From contig OZ316899.1 in the NCBI GenBank assembly GCA_973895155.1, forward strand, positions 2,193,573 to 2,257,572: a stretch of DNA of 64,000 nucleotides. Reading direction: 5' to 3'. Below, one piece after another: positions 1 through 12,172 of this stretch (position 1 is its first letter; every line of letters begins with the position of its first letter). The position numbers were made by a program, and so were the translations under genes. Under the pieces are notes generated by a model. The model was not told the origin of the DNA. It did no database searches and worked only from the letters and a program-made list of their open reading frames with translations. This DNA comes from Marsupella aquatica. Its lineage: Eukaryota > Plantae > Marchantiophyta.

Positions 1-698
1 CCCTTGTAAGCAGCAACAATGGTAGAGCCAACTCCAACAGTAACTCTTCTTGGCTTCTCAGGGTACAACAGGGGTAGCAGAAAGCTGAAGACTCATCTCA
101 GATCAGGATCCAAACACTTAGAAACATTGAACCCGTCCTTACTGTTGATGGCTCCTTTGAAGTAAGGAAGGATTAGGTTGACAGCTCTCCCCACTGGACC
201 TTCTCCTTCATCTTCCAATACAAAAGCTCCTGCAATCATCATCTGAGTCCATCGCTCAGGTTGGCCTCTAGAGGTATCATTAAACTCAGCCGGACACTCC
301 TTGGATCGGATCTCTCTGATCATATCTTCGCTCTGATAACTCCAGGGTAGCTCCATCAGAGACTCACAGCCCATCCTGAGCAAAGACTCCCTCAGTTTGA
401 CCTTCTCAGCTTCACTATCCGGAATAGCTGGCCTCAGAATTTTCATGGCAATGGGGACCTCCTTTCTCTTTGATCGTCTCACAGGGGCTTTAACCGGAGT
501 AGGTGCAGGTGATGTTGAGGTTGAATGCCCCTTAGAGAAGCGAGAAGTGGACATTCCGGCTGGATCCGCCCCTTGCTCCATAGGATTTCTGGAAGCAGAA
601 AATTGATTTCTGGTAAATGTTCTGCCTCCTCTACGGCGAGCTCTACAATGATGCGACTTTAGAATGTTCAATCTCTTCGGTGTCGACCACTGGTACAA
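1..698 (-). pseudogene. Retrotransposon accessory ORF fragment (plant mobile-domain-like), running off the window
   Basis: ORF 93..698 contains LMELPWSYQSEDMIREI...IAGAFVL...FKGAINSKDGFNVSKCLDPDLR. After a TGA at 93-95 the same frame continues as VFSFLLPLLYPEKPRRVTVGVGSTIVAAYKG to position 1. The motif order matches the domain in the giant-LTR ORF. Confidence 0.55.
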
Positions 699-1574
699 AT
701 GTCCGGGTCGGCCTGGCAGCAGCGTTTCTGATCAACTGAAAATTGTTTTGGAAGAATTGCATCAAGATTTCATTAACCACAATGCAGGGTCATCTAACGT
801 GGGGAAATGCTAGACTCAATCGGGCCTGCAATGGTAATGGCCGGGTCGACCTGGCCTCCCTTCTCACAACCGATGTATCCACGATCAGGATCTCAAACTT
901 CCTGCCTTGACTTCCAGCGGTGGAGTAGGCATTCCCCTCACAACAAATCAGTCAGTACCCTCATATCCAGGCTCTCATCATGCAATGCAAGATTGGTCCT
1001 ATAATCCGGACCCAAGATCCTCTACCAAAAGGGTAGAGCCTCCTCACTCTATTGCTTAAACAGCCTAATGCGCTCGGGAGCTCAAAACCTACTAAGTTTG
1101 GCTTTGAGAGGTGTGAGAGGCCGGATCGACTCTCCTTCCTTATATCCGGATTCTGCTGTGGTCGTGCCTGTGTTTGACTTATGGTTTTAAAAACTTTGGC
1201 AATGGACAGCTGTTGTTGAGTAGAGTCTCGGTATAAGCTTTATATCTCATTCAAGGCTTATAGTAAAAAGTTCCGGGTCGATCCTCCTTCTCTAATATCA
1301 ATCCGGGTTGACCTCAGATGGGCTTGAAAGTCTCATAACACTTCAAAGTAGTCTTCAGGTCCCTCTTCGGCCTCATTTGAGATCTTAAATGTAAAAATTC
1401 TAAAATTTATGGTTAGTTAACCCTTCTTTCATAAACATCCTTATCTCACACTTCTGCCCAAACAATGTCTGTCACAAGACCAGGGGTCGCAAGTCAATTG
1501 CCCAACTTCCCGTAGTACCCTCATCTCTAAAAGTTCTTCGAGGGACAGAGTTAACTCCTCATGAAATCAGCTTC

Positions 1575-2123
1575 TTGCTTGGCTTGGGTTTTCAGATTGA
1601 TGGTCTCTATTACATGGATTGTGAACCAGATGGCAGCGTTGCTCCTCCAGGTCGTGTGGAACTTCGAATTGACGTTAACTCTTTCCCAGAAAAGGTTGAT
1701 GTAAACTATTTGAATAGACGACTCAGGACACAAAATGGAAAGGGTGCTCGTCAACGTTTCAACTTCGCTGCAGAACTTGTTAAAAGGATTCAGTCTGCAA
1801 ATGAAGAGCAAATGAGGATTGTGGCTTGTGAGAAGATCATCCAAGGAAATGGATGGGGAAGACAGTTTTTGATTGCGACGCATGAAAACAACCCTAGTAA
1901 ATGTAGTAAATATTGGATTCAGTTGTGCGTCTTCCCATGTTGCTCCTGTGAGGATTTCTATAAGCGGCGTTCGCATGGAAAGCCTTACATGTCTTGTAAA
2001 CATATTCTTTGGGTTTACAAAAATGTTTACCATTTGAACCTAGAGACTTCCGATGTAGTCAAGCAGCCTGTTTTAACTGTCGCTGAAGTTTCCGATCTGA
2101 TCCAAAGGGGAGTTGAGGTTTGA
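1575..2123 (+). CDS. SWIM zinc-finger protein (C-terminal exon or fragment), probably TE-associated
   Basis: CSCEDF...CKHILWV fits the SWIM CxC-x(n)-CxH pattern, in the context KYWIQLCVFP...QPVLTVAEV. The true start is uncertain. Confidence 0.7.
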   Translation: MLGLGFQIDGLYYMDCEPDGSVAPPGRVELRIDVNSFPEKVDVNYLNRRLRTQNGKGARQRFNFAAELVKRIQSANEEQMRIVACEKIIQGNGWGRQFLIATHENNPSKCSKYWIQLCVFPCCSCEDFYKRRSHGKPYMSCKHILWVYKNVYHLNLETSDVVKQPVLTVAEVSDLIQRGVEV

Positions 2124-2840
2124 GATTGTCCAATTTAGAGTGAGGTTTGGTTTTAATTTAAGGTTTTCAATGGTTTTTTATATATATTTAAGTACCGTTG
2201 GGAGTAGACGTTCTTTGTGCTGGTAGGAGACATGATATTTCCACTCTATATGAAATGACCTTTAATTTATATATAAAACACCAGATATTGGTTGATCAGT
2301 TTTGCTAGCGAGGTCGCTAGCTATATTTTTGGAAAAGTTTGTAACTGGTTGATGTTTGGACCCTGGTTTGTTACTGACTGAGAAAACAGTCATGTTGCCC
2401 CAATAAGGTTGGATATCATGTCTTTATAGACTTGGCTTTTTGAACAGTTGGCAAGTCTCCCTGAAATTACTGCCAACCTTGTAAGTTGGTTATGGTGCCA
2501 ATTTTGTATGTTTATCTGAGATACCGATGACTCCCAATGTCCAGACCCATATTCAAATTGAAAGTTAAACTCATTTCCAAGTGCTTTGGTGATGATCTTT
2601 ATGTCTATTTCGGTGTCCGACTTGTTCTAAAAAAAAGTTACATTGACATACTTAACTCAAAAGGTTTATTAGGGAAATAGTAATGATTCAAATATGAACA
2701 GACTGTTGGATGGGTTTTTGCTAGCGAGGCTTGCTGTTACTAGCGGCCAACAAGTTCAAACCTTGGTATGAGGAAAAAAATTACTGTTACGAGAAGATTT
2801 TTTCCTGTTTCCTCGCATGGTAGTCATACCCCTCTTTTGG

Positions 2841-5800
2841 GGGAGAAGTCTGAATTCGGGATGAAAGAGGTGAAAGTCGTTGGGCAAATGTGCAGATCTT
2901 ATGGAAGGAAGCCAAACATGGACAAGGTGAGAGCTATTAGTGAGATGAAGGATTGCAAATCGGTGCCGGAAGTTTGGAGGTTTTTGGATGCTTGTGTCTT
3001 TTACAAGATCTGGATCCCTCACTTCTCGCACCTGGCGGACCCGCTCTATGAGTTCTTGAGGAAAAAGGTTAAGTGGAGATGGTTACCCAAGCATAGTGAA
3101 GCAATGGCCAAGCTTAAGAGCGCTCTCATGACCCGCCAGTTCTTCGAGCTGCGGACTATGAGAGCGGGCGACCACTGATCATGACTGTTGATGCGAGTCC
3201 GTTCGCAGCCGGGTGGACTGTTGGGCAAGATGACGAGAATGGGGAAAGGTATAGTCGCGGAACTCGACTACCTTAACACTTAGCTCCAGCATCGCTGACT
3301 CCAACGCCAAGCTCCCTTATGGTCCAGGCCCGGATAGGCCATCCGGGGAAGACTTAGCATGGGGAGACTTGTGGGCAATGAGACGTGGCACTAGCCAGGC
3401 AAGGAGCCAAGCAAGGGGCACACACTAAGGACTTGGACTAGCCTATGGCAGATCGGGTCAAGGGGAAATGGGTCGGGCTCAAGGATGGCCGTCCGAAACT
3501 TTGGATGGACTTTGAGTTCTGAGGGCTTGGGAGTGAGCTCCTCTTGGGCCCAAGGCCAATGGAGTTGACGCCTTTGGCAATGGACGTTTGGGGCGCAAGT
3601 TGTGGCCCGATCCGGTCGGGGGGCCCGAGCGACAATCAGACCTGAGGGCCTAGGCATGAGCACTGGGTCGGCCTGGTCACAACGGGCTAAGGCACTCTGC
3701 CTACGGATGCCTATCAAGAAACTTATGGGCGTTGCCAGTTGGTGGCGCGCCCATTATGCGCGATGGGATCCGGGTTGGGGGCCAAATGTTTAGGAACCAA
3801 AGCTGGTCTAGGGGTGACAGGTATCCAGAAGCATATATGAGGGGAGTGGTGTCTCCCTGGGGGCTCAGGCCGAGCCGAAGTCGTGAGCCGCGGCGGTCGC
3901 GACACTAAGGGAAATTGCCAAACGGAAATGGTGATATCTTCTCAATGGGAAGTCCGTTGGAGGACTTCTTGGGTGCGTTGGAAAGCTCTTGAGGAGGGCT
4001 ACGTCCTTCTGAGATCAGCTGGGTCTGGGGTGCTGTGGGTTCCCGTGGTTTACGGGTGTTAGCTCGCCTGCTTGCCAAATCCTGCTGAACAGCAGCCAAG
4101 CCGGGTTCAGTTTCCCAAGGGAGCTTGCGTTGGGGAGGCAAGGCCAAGTAGGTGTGGAGGATGAGTCCCAAGGGTGATCGGCCCCTAGACCACCAGTGGG
4201 GCGAACCAGGAGCGGGTGCTAGAGTCGGGGCCGTTCTGGTCCCGGCGTGTTGGGACAAGCTTAGGACAAGCTTTGGGACAAGCTATTTGGGCCATGAGCA
4301 TGTCCTGGGGTCAGGGCGGTCAGTTGGTGATGGATAGGTACGAGGGGGAACCCGGGCCGCGCCCAAGGAAGGAGCTATTCTGGACAAACAGTGGGCGTGG
4401 GTTCTGGTTCTGGCTTATGGCATCGGGAGGACCTATCACTAATCTATTTACCAACGTCTGTTGAGCTTGAGTTAGGATCCTAGACTTGGCGAGTTCTAGA
4501 TCCTGAAGGGTTACTTATCGAGGTGTTTGGTTGCTTGTGCAGATAGGGAGGACCGTTGAGTAGCGGTCGTGTTAGAGAGCAAGTGCAGCTTTGTATGAGA
4601 GGGGCCGCTGGCGGTGCAAGGGGCACTAGGTTGCTTGCTTGAGGTATTCCGTGGAGGCGTTCGGGCACCAAGGGCACTTAGGCGTGAGTGCTGGGATTGG
4701 TGAGGGTGCTGGGTGGTAAGGTCCACCACTGGTATGCTATCAGATTTGGGGCAAAAATATTTACGGAAAGGCAAACGAGATATGCCCAAGTTAAGAGGGA
4801 GCTTTGGGGTGCCAAAGTGGCACTCCATCAGGAGTGGAACTATTTGATTGGGGCGGCGGTGGTGGTTGAGACTGATTGCCAATCGCTGCTGGGGATGATT
4901 GCAAATTGTGACACGCCTGACATAGCGATGCTCAGGTGGATCACTTTCATTTGGATGTTCAACCCTGAGCTAAGTCACATTGCGGGAAAAGGATAATCTG
5001 GTTGCCGACAAGCTGTCCAGGGCGAGATTAGGAAATAAGGTAGCGACAAGAGTTGGCGAGGTGACCGGAACTAAAAGTGTTGGAAGTCTAGAGTTCAAGG
5101 AAGAACTCTACTCGGGAGAGTTGCTGGATATCGGGCTTTACATTAGCACTTTGGAGAAGCAACCAGAGTGGAGTTACCAGGAGTTCGTCAAGATCCGGAA
5201 GAGATCTTACAAGTTCCTATTGAGGGAGAGCTACTTGTGGCGAAGGCATAAGGACCAAATTCTCAAAGAGTGCCATGATGCTGACATGGTTGGGCACAAA
5301 GGGGTGCATTCAACTTACGAGAGGGTTCAAAAGCTATATTGGTGGCCAGGTTTATACTTGGCCGTTCGAGACTATGTTGAGACTTGCAAGATTTGCCAGT
5401 TTTACTCGAGGATCCGACATAGGGATGGATTGGTTCTGACTTACCCCGTGGCTCTACTCTTTCAATGGGCTATTGATGTGGTGTACATGCCGAGAGAGAG
5501 CAATGGGGCGAGATACTTGGTTTTTGGCGAGAGAAGACTTGTCTTCTTATGTGGAAGGGAGAGCATTGGTTTCAAACACTACTGCTGCCATTTGCCAGTT
5601 CATACTTGAGGATATCATTGCAAGGCATGGGTGCTTTACAAGGATCAGAGCTGATAGGGGGGAGCTCAGCTCCAAGGAAGCGCAAGAGTTTTTTGACCAA
5701 TACCGCATCAAACTGAAGCTGACTTCGAGTTACAATCCGGAAGGCAATGGGAAATCTGAAAGGGGGCACATTCAGATTGCGAGCGCTTTGGCTAAGGCTT

Positions 5801-6320
5801 GTGATGGGGACTTGGGCAGGTGGTCGAGTCTCCCTCCACTTGCTCTGTTAGCGGATCGAATGACTTGTAGCTCAGTGACCGGATACATTTCGGCTGAGCT
5901 ACTTACTGGGCACTTGTCGATGATGCCACTTGAGGAAGATGTTTGTAGCTGGCGACTGATTGGATGGAAAGATGAAGTTTCAAGAGAGGAGTTGCTAGTT
6001 TGAAGGATCAAACACTTCAACTTGTTACCTGCAAAGATTGAGGTGGCTCGGAAGCAATTGAAGATGGCGAGGTTAAGGAACAAGGGCAGGTTCGACATGA
6101 CTCATCGGTTGAGGCCTGTCTTGGATAAGGAAGGGGATTGGGTTCTGGTTTACGAAAGCAAGTTGGACGAGCAACACTTGAGCCAAAACAAGTTTGCTCG
6201 GAGGTGGCAAGGTCCGTATGTGGTGGTTGTTGTTCATGCGAATGCGACCTAAACTATTCGGGAGTTGGATGGAACTGTTCACCAAGTACCTTACGCAGGG
6301 AAAAGGGTGAAGATCTTGAG
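2841..6320 (+). pseudogene. Ty3/gypsy pol remnant (end of RT, RNase H, integrase), frameshifted and interrupted by a solo LTR
   Basis: RT connection FGMKEVKVVGQ...WIPHFSHLADPLYEFLRKK. RNase H TVDASPFAAGWTVGQDDENGER|YAIRFGAK...VETDCQSL. Integrase H-H-C-C region (HKGVHSTY...CKICQ), core WAIDVV...RADRGE...PEGNGKSERG, and C-terminal RWQGPYVV. Confidence 0.9.
3253..4720 (+). mobile_element. Solo LTR (1468 bp) of the chromodomain gypsy family, termini AGTCGCGG...CCACCACT
   Basis: Flanked by a perfect 5-bp direct repeat GGTAT (3248-3252, 4721-4725). Removing the element plus one TSD restores the RNase H frame GERYAIRFG. Homologous to the sequence directly after the PPT of the chromoviral pol at 61728. 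Confidence 0.9.
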
Positions 6321-6344
6321 GAGGAAGTGGTCCAGGCGCATCAT

Positions 6345-7171
6345 CATCCCAATGGGAAGTCCATCATCTTCCCAATGGGAAGTCCGTTGGAGGACTTCTT
6401 GGGTGCGTTGGAAAGTTCTTGAGGAGGGCTATGTCCTTCTGAGATCTGCTGGGTCTGGGGGCACCATGGGTTCTTGGGGTTTGCGGGTGTTAACTCGCCC
6501 ACTTGCCAAATCTTGTCGAACAGCAGCCAAGCCGCGTTCAGTCTCCCAAGGGAACTTGCATTGGGGAGGCAAGGGCAAGTAGGTGTGGAGGTTGAGTTCC
6601 AAGAGTGCTCGGTCCTTAGACCGTCAGTGAGGCAAATTGGGAGTCGGTTGCAAGAGGTGGGGCCATTCTGGTCCCGACGTGTTAGGACAAGCTTGGGACA
6701 AGCTTTAGGACAAGCTATGCTATTTGGGCCATGAGCATGTCCTGAGGTCAGGGCGGTCAGTTGGTGATGGATAGGTATGAGGGGGAACCCGGGCCTCGCC
6801 CATGGAAGGAGTTGTTCTGGACGAACAGTGGGCGTGGGTTCTGGTTCCGGCTTATGGCATCGGGAGGCCGGACCTATCGTTGACCTATTTACCAATGTCT
6901 GTTGAGCTTGAGTTAGGATGCTAGACTTGGCAAGTTCTAGATCCTAAAGGGTTACTTACCGAGCTGCTTGGTTGCTTTTACAGACAGTGAGGATCATTGA
7001 GTAGCGGTCGTGTAGGTGAGCAAGTACGGCTTTGTATGGGAGTGGCCGCTGATGGTGCAAGGGGCACTAGGGCGCTTGCTCGAGGAATTCCGTGGAGGCG
7101 TTTGGGCACCAGGGGCACTTAGGCGTGGGTGCTGGGATTGGTGAGGGCGCTGGGTGGCAAGGTACACCACT
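6345..7171 (+). repeat. 5'-truncated copy of the AGT...ACT chromoviral LTR
   Basis: Aligns to about 3935-4720. Ends GGTACACCACT, then switches to unrelated ORF sequence AACGTCAATC. Confidence 0.85.
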
Positions 7172-7503
7172 AACGTCAATCAAGCTGCTCATTTTTGGGG
7201 ATGCCTGTTTGAACGGGCAACTGAGTACATTGGGACCTACGAGGATGAAGAATCGGAAAGGGCAGCACGAGAATGGCAAGAGCTCGCTCGACTGTGGGAA
7301 CTACAGAAGTTTGCCTTCCTTGGAGGGGAGTTCATCAAGGCCGAGTTTTTGTGGACTCCTACTGCCAATCAGCTCGACGACCTTCTATTTTGTGAGAACA
7401 GAATTGTCGGCATCCGGGAAGCCATCAACCATTGCAACGACATACATTGGGACCTAAAGGGTAGCACGGAGGTGTGGACAAAGGCAACTATGCTCGGAGG
7501 AAG
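7172..7503 (+). pseudogene. Fragment of a diverged paralogue of the giant-LTR ORF
   Basis: NVNQAAHFWGCLFERATEYIGTYEDEESERAAREWQELARLWELQKFAF...WDLKGSTEVWTKATMLG is highly similar to the ORF region at 46675-47000. Cut on both sides by later LTR insertions. Confidence 0.85.
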
Positions 7504-10500
7504 TGTGGTGCGTCCCATGGCTCCCTAAACCCAAGAAACCCCCCAGCTCAAGCCGATTCCCGCGGGTTTCGCGCTTGGCGAGGCCATTTCCGCGGCTTAG
7601 CGGCATGGGACGCTGCTAACCTTCTACTACTACTATTAACATTTTACACACATATACTGGACAGATCCTTCATCGGGTCATGAGATACGTAGCCGGCCTA
7701 ATCTAGGCCTTCCCCTGTCTTCCCCTGTCTTCCCCTCCGTCTTGTTAGGTATGTTTGGATTCCGCCGCCGGAATGATCCCCAATAGGCTTGGTTAAGCCG
7801 CTAAGACCTCTCTCAGCTCGACACATCCAACTCTCACTCCCCTGCTTACTTTCCTTCCTTTGGTTGATGTGGGCACTCTTCACACAAGTTAATGCGACAC
7901 ACAAATAGCAAAATGACTCATTCTGACTGAGTCATACCATGCACTTGCCATACAAACAGTACATCTCATACACAAGTTCTACGAACTAAGCCGTGAGGCC
8001 AACTCTATTCAGCTCTTAGGCATGAGGAAACATGAATATACACAAGGGTCACTGTATGACTAACCGAGAGCTTCTCGTACTACTTGATCCCAGCCCGGCT
8101 GGTGCAAACTAAAAACTTGCTAAAGAAGAGGCCCTGAGCTCCCCGCTGCCCAGGTACTTATCCTGGTAGTGGATCCGCCATTCTTTGCATCGTAAGCCTA
8201 ATCTACTTAACAGTAATCTACTTGCCGGAATCTACCTATGTACAGCAAGGCAGGAGCACAAGTGTTGCTCCTACTAGTGGGACCGCAATCCCACTAAGCT
8301 AAGTGTCAGGGCCGCTCCTGGTTCTGATCCTAATCCTAAACGTGGAGATCCGCGCCCGCCCTGCCCACTCACGCCTCCTCCCTCCACGTCCGCCCTCCCT
8401 AAAAGGAACGGCGCCCTTGCACCGTCACGACACCGGTGGTGGATCCTTAATGGACGCCCCCAACGCTTCCTCCTCAGCCACTGCCGTAGGCTCATTCCCT
8501 GACAGATTACCTGCCCTTGACTGAGTCAACTCTCCATCGGCCTGACTGGGTCCACCATCGGCGTCGGCATCGGCTCGAGAATCGGTTACGGCCTCAGCCT
8601 CGGCTACGGTCTCCCCGGCCTGCTCAAGAGGCGGATCTGGAATACCGGCCTCCTTACTGAGTAGTTCGGCTTGGGCCGCACCACCCCCACCTGTGATCAT
8701 AGCGGGATCTATTGCCGTATTCATGTCGGAGGATGGTGTTGGTTCTACCTCTTTGGTCACCACGGCTTGTGGAGTCGGATTACTCCTTGACCCTGAAGGT
8801 TTCCGCTTTTTCTTCTTTTCTGGTTCGGCAGCTGGTCCCTTCCCCTTCCCACTTACCTCCGGCACTGGTGCAGTTGGCGCGGCTTTTTCTTCGGCCAGTA
8901 CCACTCCTGGTAACTTGGTTGCCCCAATTGGAGTTGGGCCTGATGAAGACAAGCACTTAAATACTGCGGCTTGTTTCTTCAGCCGCTCCGTTTGGTTGTC
9001 GGCCCGCCGCTGGAGGTTCTCCATCTTCCTCGTGATTTCCTCCAACTCCTCCTGGGTCTCATCCAGGTCCTTGCGTGCCTCCTCTAGTTCCTTCTGGGCT
9101 TCCTCCCGTTCTTGTTTCAAGGTAGTCCTCTCCTCCTGGGTTGCTTTTAGCTCCTTGTCGAGCTCTGCAATGATGACAGACTCCATCTGGTTCATCTTGG
9201 CGTAAGTCTGTTCGAGCATCTCGTCCCTCTCCCTTAGGTCGGCCTTGAAGCTGGCCGTCAGGGACGCAAGCTCCTACTGCAGCGCCATAATCCCTTGATA
9301 GGATTTCCCTAACTCGGCCTCCTTCTGCTCAAGGGCTCCACGGATTTTCTCGAGCTCCCCTTTCAATGCCCATTCCTTTCTTTGGGTCTCCGCCATGGCC
9401 CGGCTGTTGGCTGTTATGTGGGCCTCCTCTGTATTCTTCAGCTCTTGCTTCCACTTCTCCCTCTCTTTGATCGTGTCAGCCAACTCTCCCTGGGTCTGAG
9501 TCAGTTTATCCTTGATATTCTGATTATCAGCCTGCGCGGTGTCCAACTGCCCCTGCATGATGTTCAGCTCATGTCGTTTAATCCGCAGTTCATCTTGGGC
9601 TTTCTTGGCCACCCTTAGATCTTCAATCTCGGCTTCCATCCTCCTAAGCCGCCGAATGACCTCGTCCTTCTTGCTTCTCTCTAAAGCCACCGCTTCTTCT
9701 AATTGGTGCTTCTCCAACTGCTCCCTATGGAAAAAGGGTCCTACCTCCAACTCTTCTCCAAAGATGCCGAGCGCAAGTTCCCCACACATCTCACCATACT
9801 CCATGGCTCTATTCTTAGCGTAGGTGGAGTAAGTAGAAGTGATCGGGATCGCCCATCGCGGCCTCTGCTCCCAAGCCGTCCTGCGGATCTCTTCAATCGT
9901 GGCTAGAGGTTTGCTTCCTTTTTTGGCTAGCCGCCTGATGTCCTCCGGCCAATCTCCTCCTGGTAAATCCTTTTCCTTAGCCAGGGCTGCCTCCTCCTCC
10001 TGCTTGATTCGCTCCTGAAATTCCTGCACCGTCTGTTTTATGCCGTCGAAGCTCGGGGGAGCAACATCTGGTGGGGGAGACTCAGGGCTACTCTGCTGGT
10101 TGGGGTCCCCTCGCACTACCCTTGGAAGTGTGGGGACAAACCGGCCACAGGTCCTTACTCCTGGAACGTGATGGTCCGACCCATAGCCGGAATTATCATG
10201 GCTGCAGTCCTCCACTGCCTCCTCTACCTCTTGGACATCCGGCTTCTCCCTCTCCTCTTCGTCGGTAGGAGCTTCAGGCAATTCTGCCTCAGATTCGGAG
10301 CTTGAGGTTCCCACGTACATTCGAACACCTGGCTTGGATTTCGGCCTGATTCTCTCCTTGTCTCCAGCAAAGGGGTTTTCTCTTGTGAGCCGGTGTAGGC
10401 CTACCTCTGTAGTAGTGTCCTGCATTGTTGCCGTTGCCGTTGTTGTTGCCGATGCCGATTTCTTTTCTTTCTCCAGTAGTTTCAGCAGACTCTGCATGCC

Positions 10501-12172
10501 TGGTTGCTGCATCGGCAAGTCCTCCTTCCTGGGCCTAAACACCTGCTCGATCGTAGGGCTAACAGGTGGTTGAGGCTTCTCAGCCAACGGCCTCGGCGTT
10601 GGAGCTTCCTCGGGTGCCCTTACCTGCAGGGGAAGTACCGGGGCAAAAGTCTGACCTCTGGCATACCGGCACAACAGCGGCATGTGATAGCCAAGCCGCG
10701 ACACGCTCCCCATGCCGATTACCTGCTGCTCCTCCTTTAAGATCTTCTTCAATTGGTTGAGGAGGTACCCGTTGTAGTCCCGGCTTGGGTCTGGCCTTTC
10801 TGCCAGATAGACCTGTGCCTTGCCGATCTCTGCCCTCGGCAAGTTACAATGCATGGTCACCCGCAAGAAGTCGATCATCTCTCCTATGTGCGGGTTGGTG
10901 CAGGTGTTCCGGAAGAAGCCATTCTTCGTTGATGGCCCGGGGAACGACCGGAACTCCTTGTCAGGCAAGGTCTTCCTGGTATCAACTTTGGTCTTATTGC
11001 CTATCGGCAAGCCAAACACTTCGGCAATTACCTTGGGAGTAAGATAGAAATCCTTCCCATATATCCTCGTGCAATTGGTCTCGGGTTCCCATGACCCCAC
11101 GAATTCTAATAGGTCTGACTCCGGTACCTCCGGCTTCAGCCATGGTAATCTTACAAAGGCCTCTAAGCCGGATCCGGCCATGAAGCCTTGGTACTTCTTG
11201 GTCTGCATGGCCGTAAAGCATGCATCCTCCTCCCGTGCAAAATGTAGTTGCACCTCCACCCGTAGGGTTGCCGCCCAGCCCTTCCAGGTGTCATCCCTGG
11301 TTGGAATGGCCTTGATGGGATCGACCTCCTCCTCTTCGGCTTCTCCCTGCCTCCTGCTCTGCTGCTCGGCTGGCTTCTTTGGTGCCGCCGACCTCGTTCT
11401 TTTTGCCGGGGTGGCTTCATCGTTGACGGCTCCCTTCCTCTTCATCTCTGCTGCCGTGGAGGTTTCTCCTAGCACCGTTGCTTGGGTCCACCTTTCCGTG
11501 CTTCCCTTTAATTCCCAGTGTATGTCGTTGCAGTTCTTGATGGCCTCTCGGATGCCGACGACGCTGTCTTTGCAAAACAAAAGATCGTCGAGTTGATTGG
11601 AAGTAGGCGTCCACAGGAACTCGTCCTTGATGAGTTCGCCTCCTAAGAAAGCCGTCTTCTGCAGCTCCCACAATCGAGCGAGCTCCTGCCGTTCTCGAGC
11701 TGCCCTTTCTGATTCCTCGTCCTCGTAAGTCTTGATGTACTCAGTTGCCCGTTCGAACAGGCATCCCCAGAAATGTGCCGCTTGATTGACGTTGCTCATA
11801 CCCTCCTTAGGTCGATCGTCGGTATCTACTCTCTCCCCGAGTGCTTGCCTAAGCAGCTGACAGTAGTTGGCCTCCCGTAGTCGTCTGCCTAGTTCGTGCT
11901 CGCAAATGAGCCACCATCTCCTGCAAGCGCTCCTTACCCCTCTCCTCTGCCGGTCCTTCTTCCCGTTGATCCTTCCTAGCCGCCGACGCTTAACGCGCCC
12001 TAACCCTAATCGGGTTTTCACCCTCAGTCTTACCTCCGGCCTCGGCCCGGGTTCCATGGTTGCCCCTAATTGTTTATATTTTCCTTGTTTTGTCCCTATA
12101 CTAAGGTGTTCCTAGGGTGCCTTCCTGCTTTACCCACTTAACCGGCCGAGTGATTCCTGTCTAGGCATCACA
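7504..12172 (-). repeat. Giant 3' LTR (4669 bp), TGTGATGC...GCACCACA
   Basis: Colinear over its whole length with the TSD-flanked solo copy 46293-50984. Starts just downstream of the purine tract AAGTGGGGAG (spacer CTA). Termini form a 7/8 inverted repeat. Confidence 0.9.
8425..12057 (-). pseudogene. LTR-encoded ~1210-codon ORF with one premature stop
   Basis: ORFs 9274..12057 and 8425..9219 are in the same frame, split by TAG at 9274-9276 where the intact copy has CAG (MALQ*ELAS vs MALQQELAS). Confidence 0.9.

Noticed and set aside
1100-1430. Possible PPT and LTR boundary upstream of the first ORF (AGAGAAGGAGGA on minus near 1283-1294)
   Set aside because: No TG start, no second copy and no TSD to support it.
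4255-4295. GGACAAGCT triplet repeats as a CRISPR-like array
   Set aside because: Short LTR-internal tandem repeats without spacers, in a eukaryotic context.
3391-4677. Many 60-120 aa ORFs in the GC-rich LTR copies (also 6344-7179, 25177-26260, 60600-61700)
   Set aside because: Frames and stops are not conserved between the four copies and no domain motifs are present.
3250-4718. Canonical TG(TA)...CA boundaries for the chromoviral LTR
   Set aside because: These boundaries give non-matching flanks (AAAGG vs CTGGT) and do not restore the host reading frame. AGT...ACT boundaries do both.
8693-11596. Antisense ORFs overlapping the giant-LTR ORF (e.g. 175 aa at 11069 and 46872; 170 and 214 aa at 8693 and 49260)
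   Set aside because: Expected shadow frames of a GC-rich sense ORF; their conservation follows from nucleotide identity of the copies.
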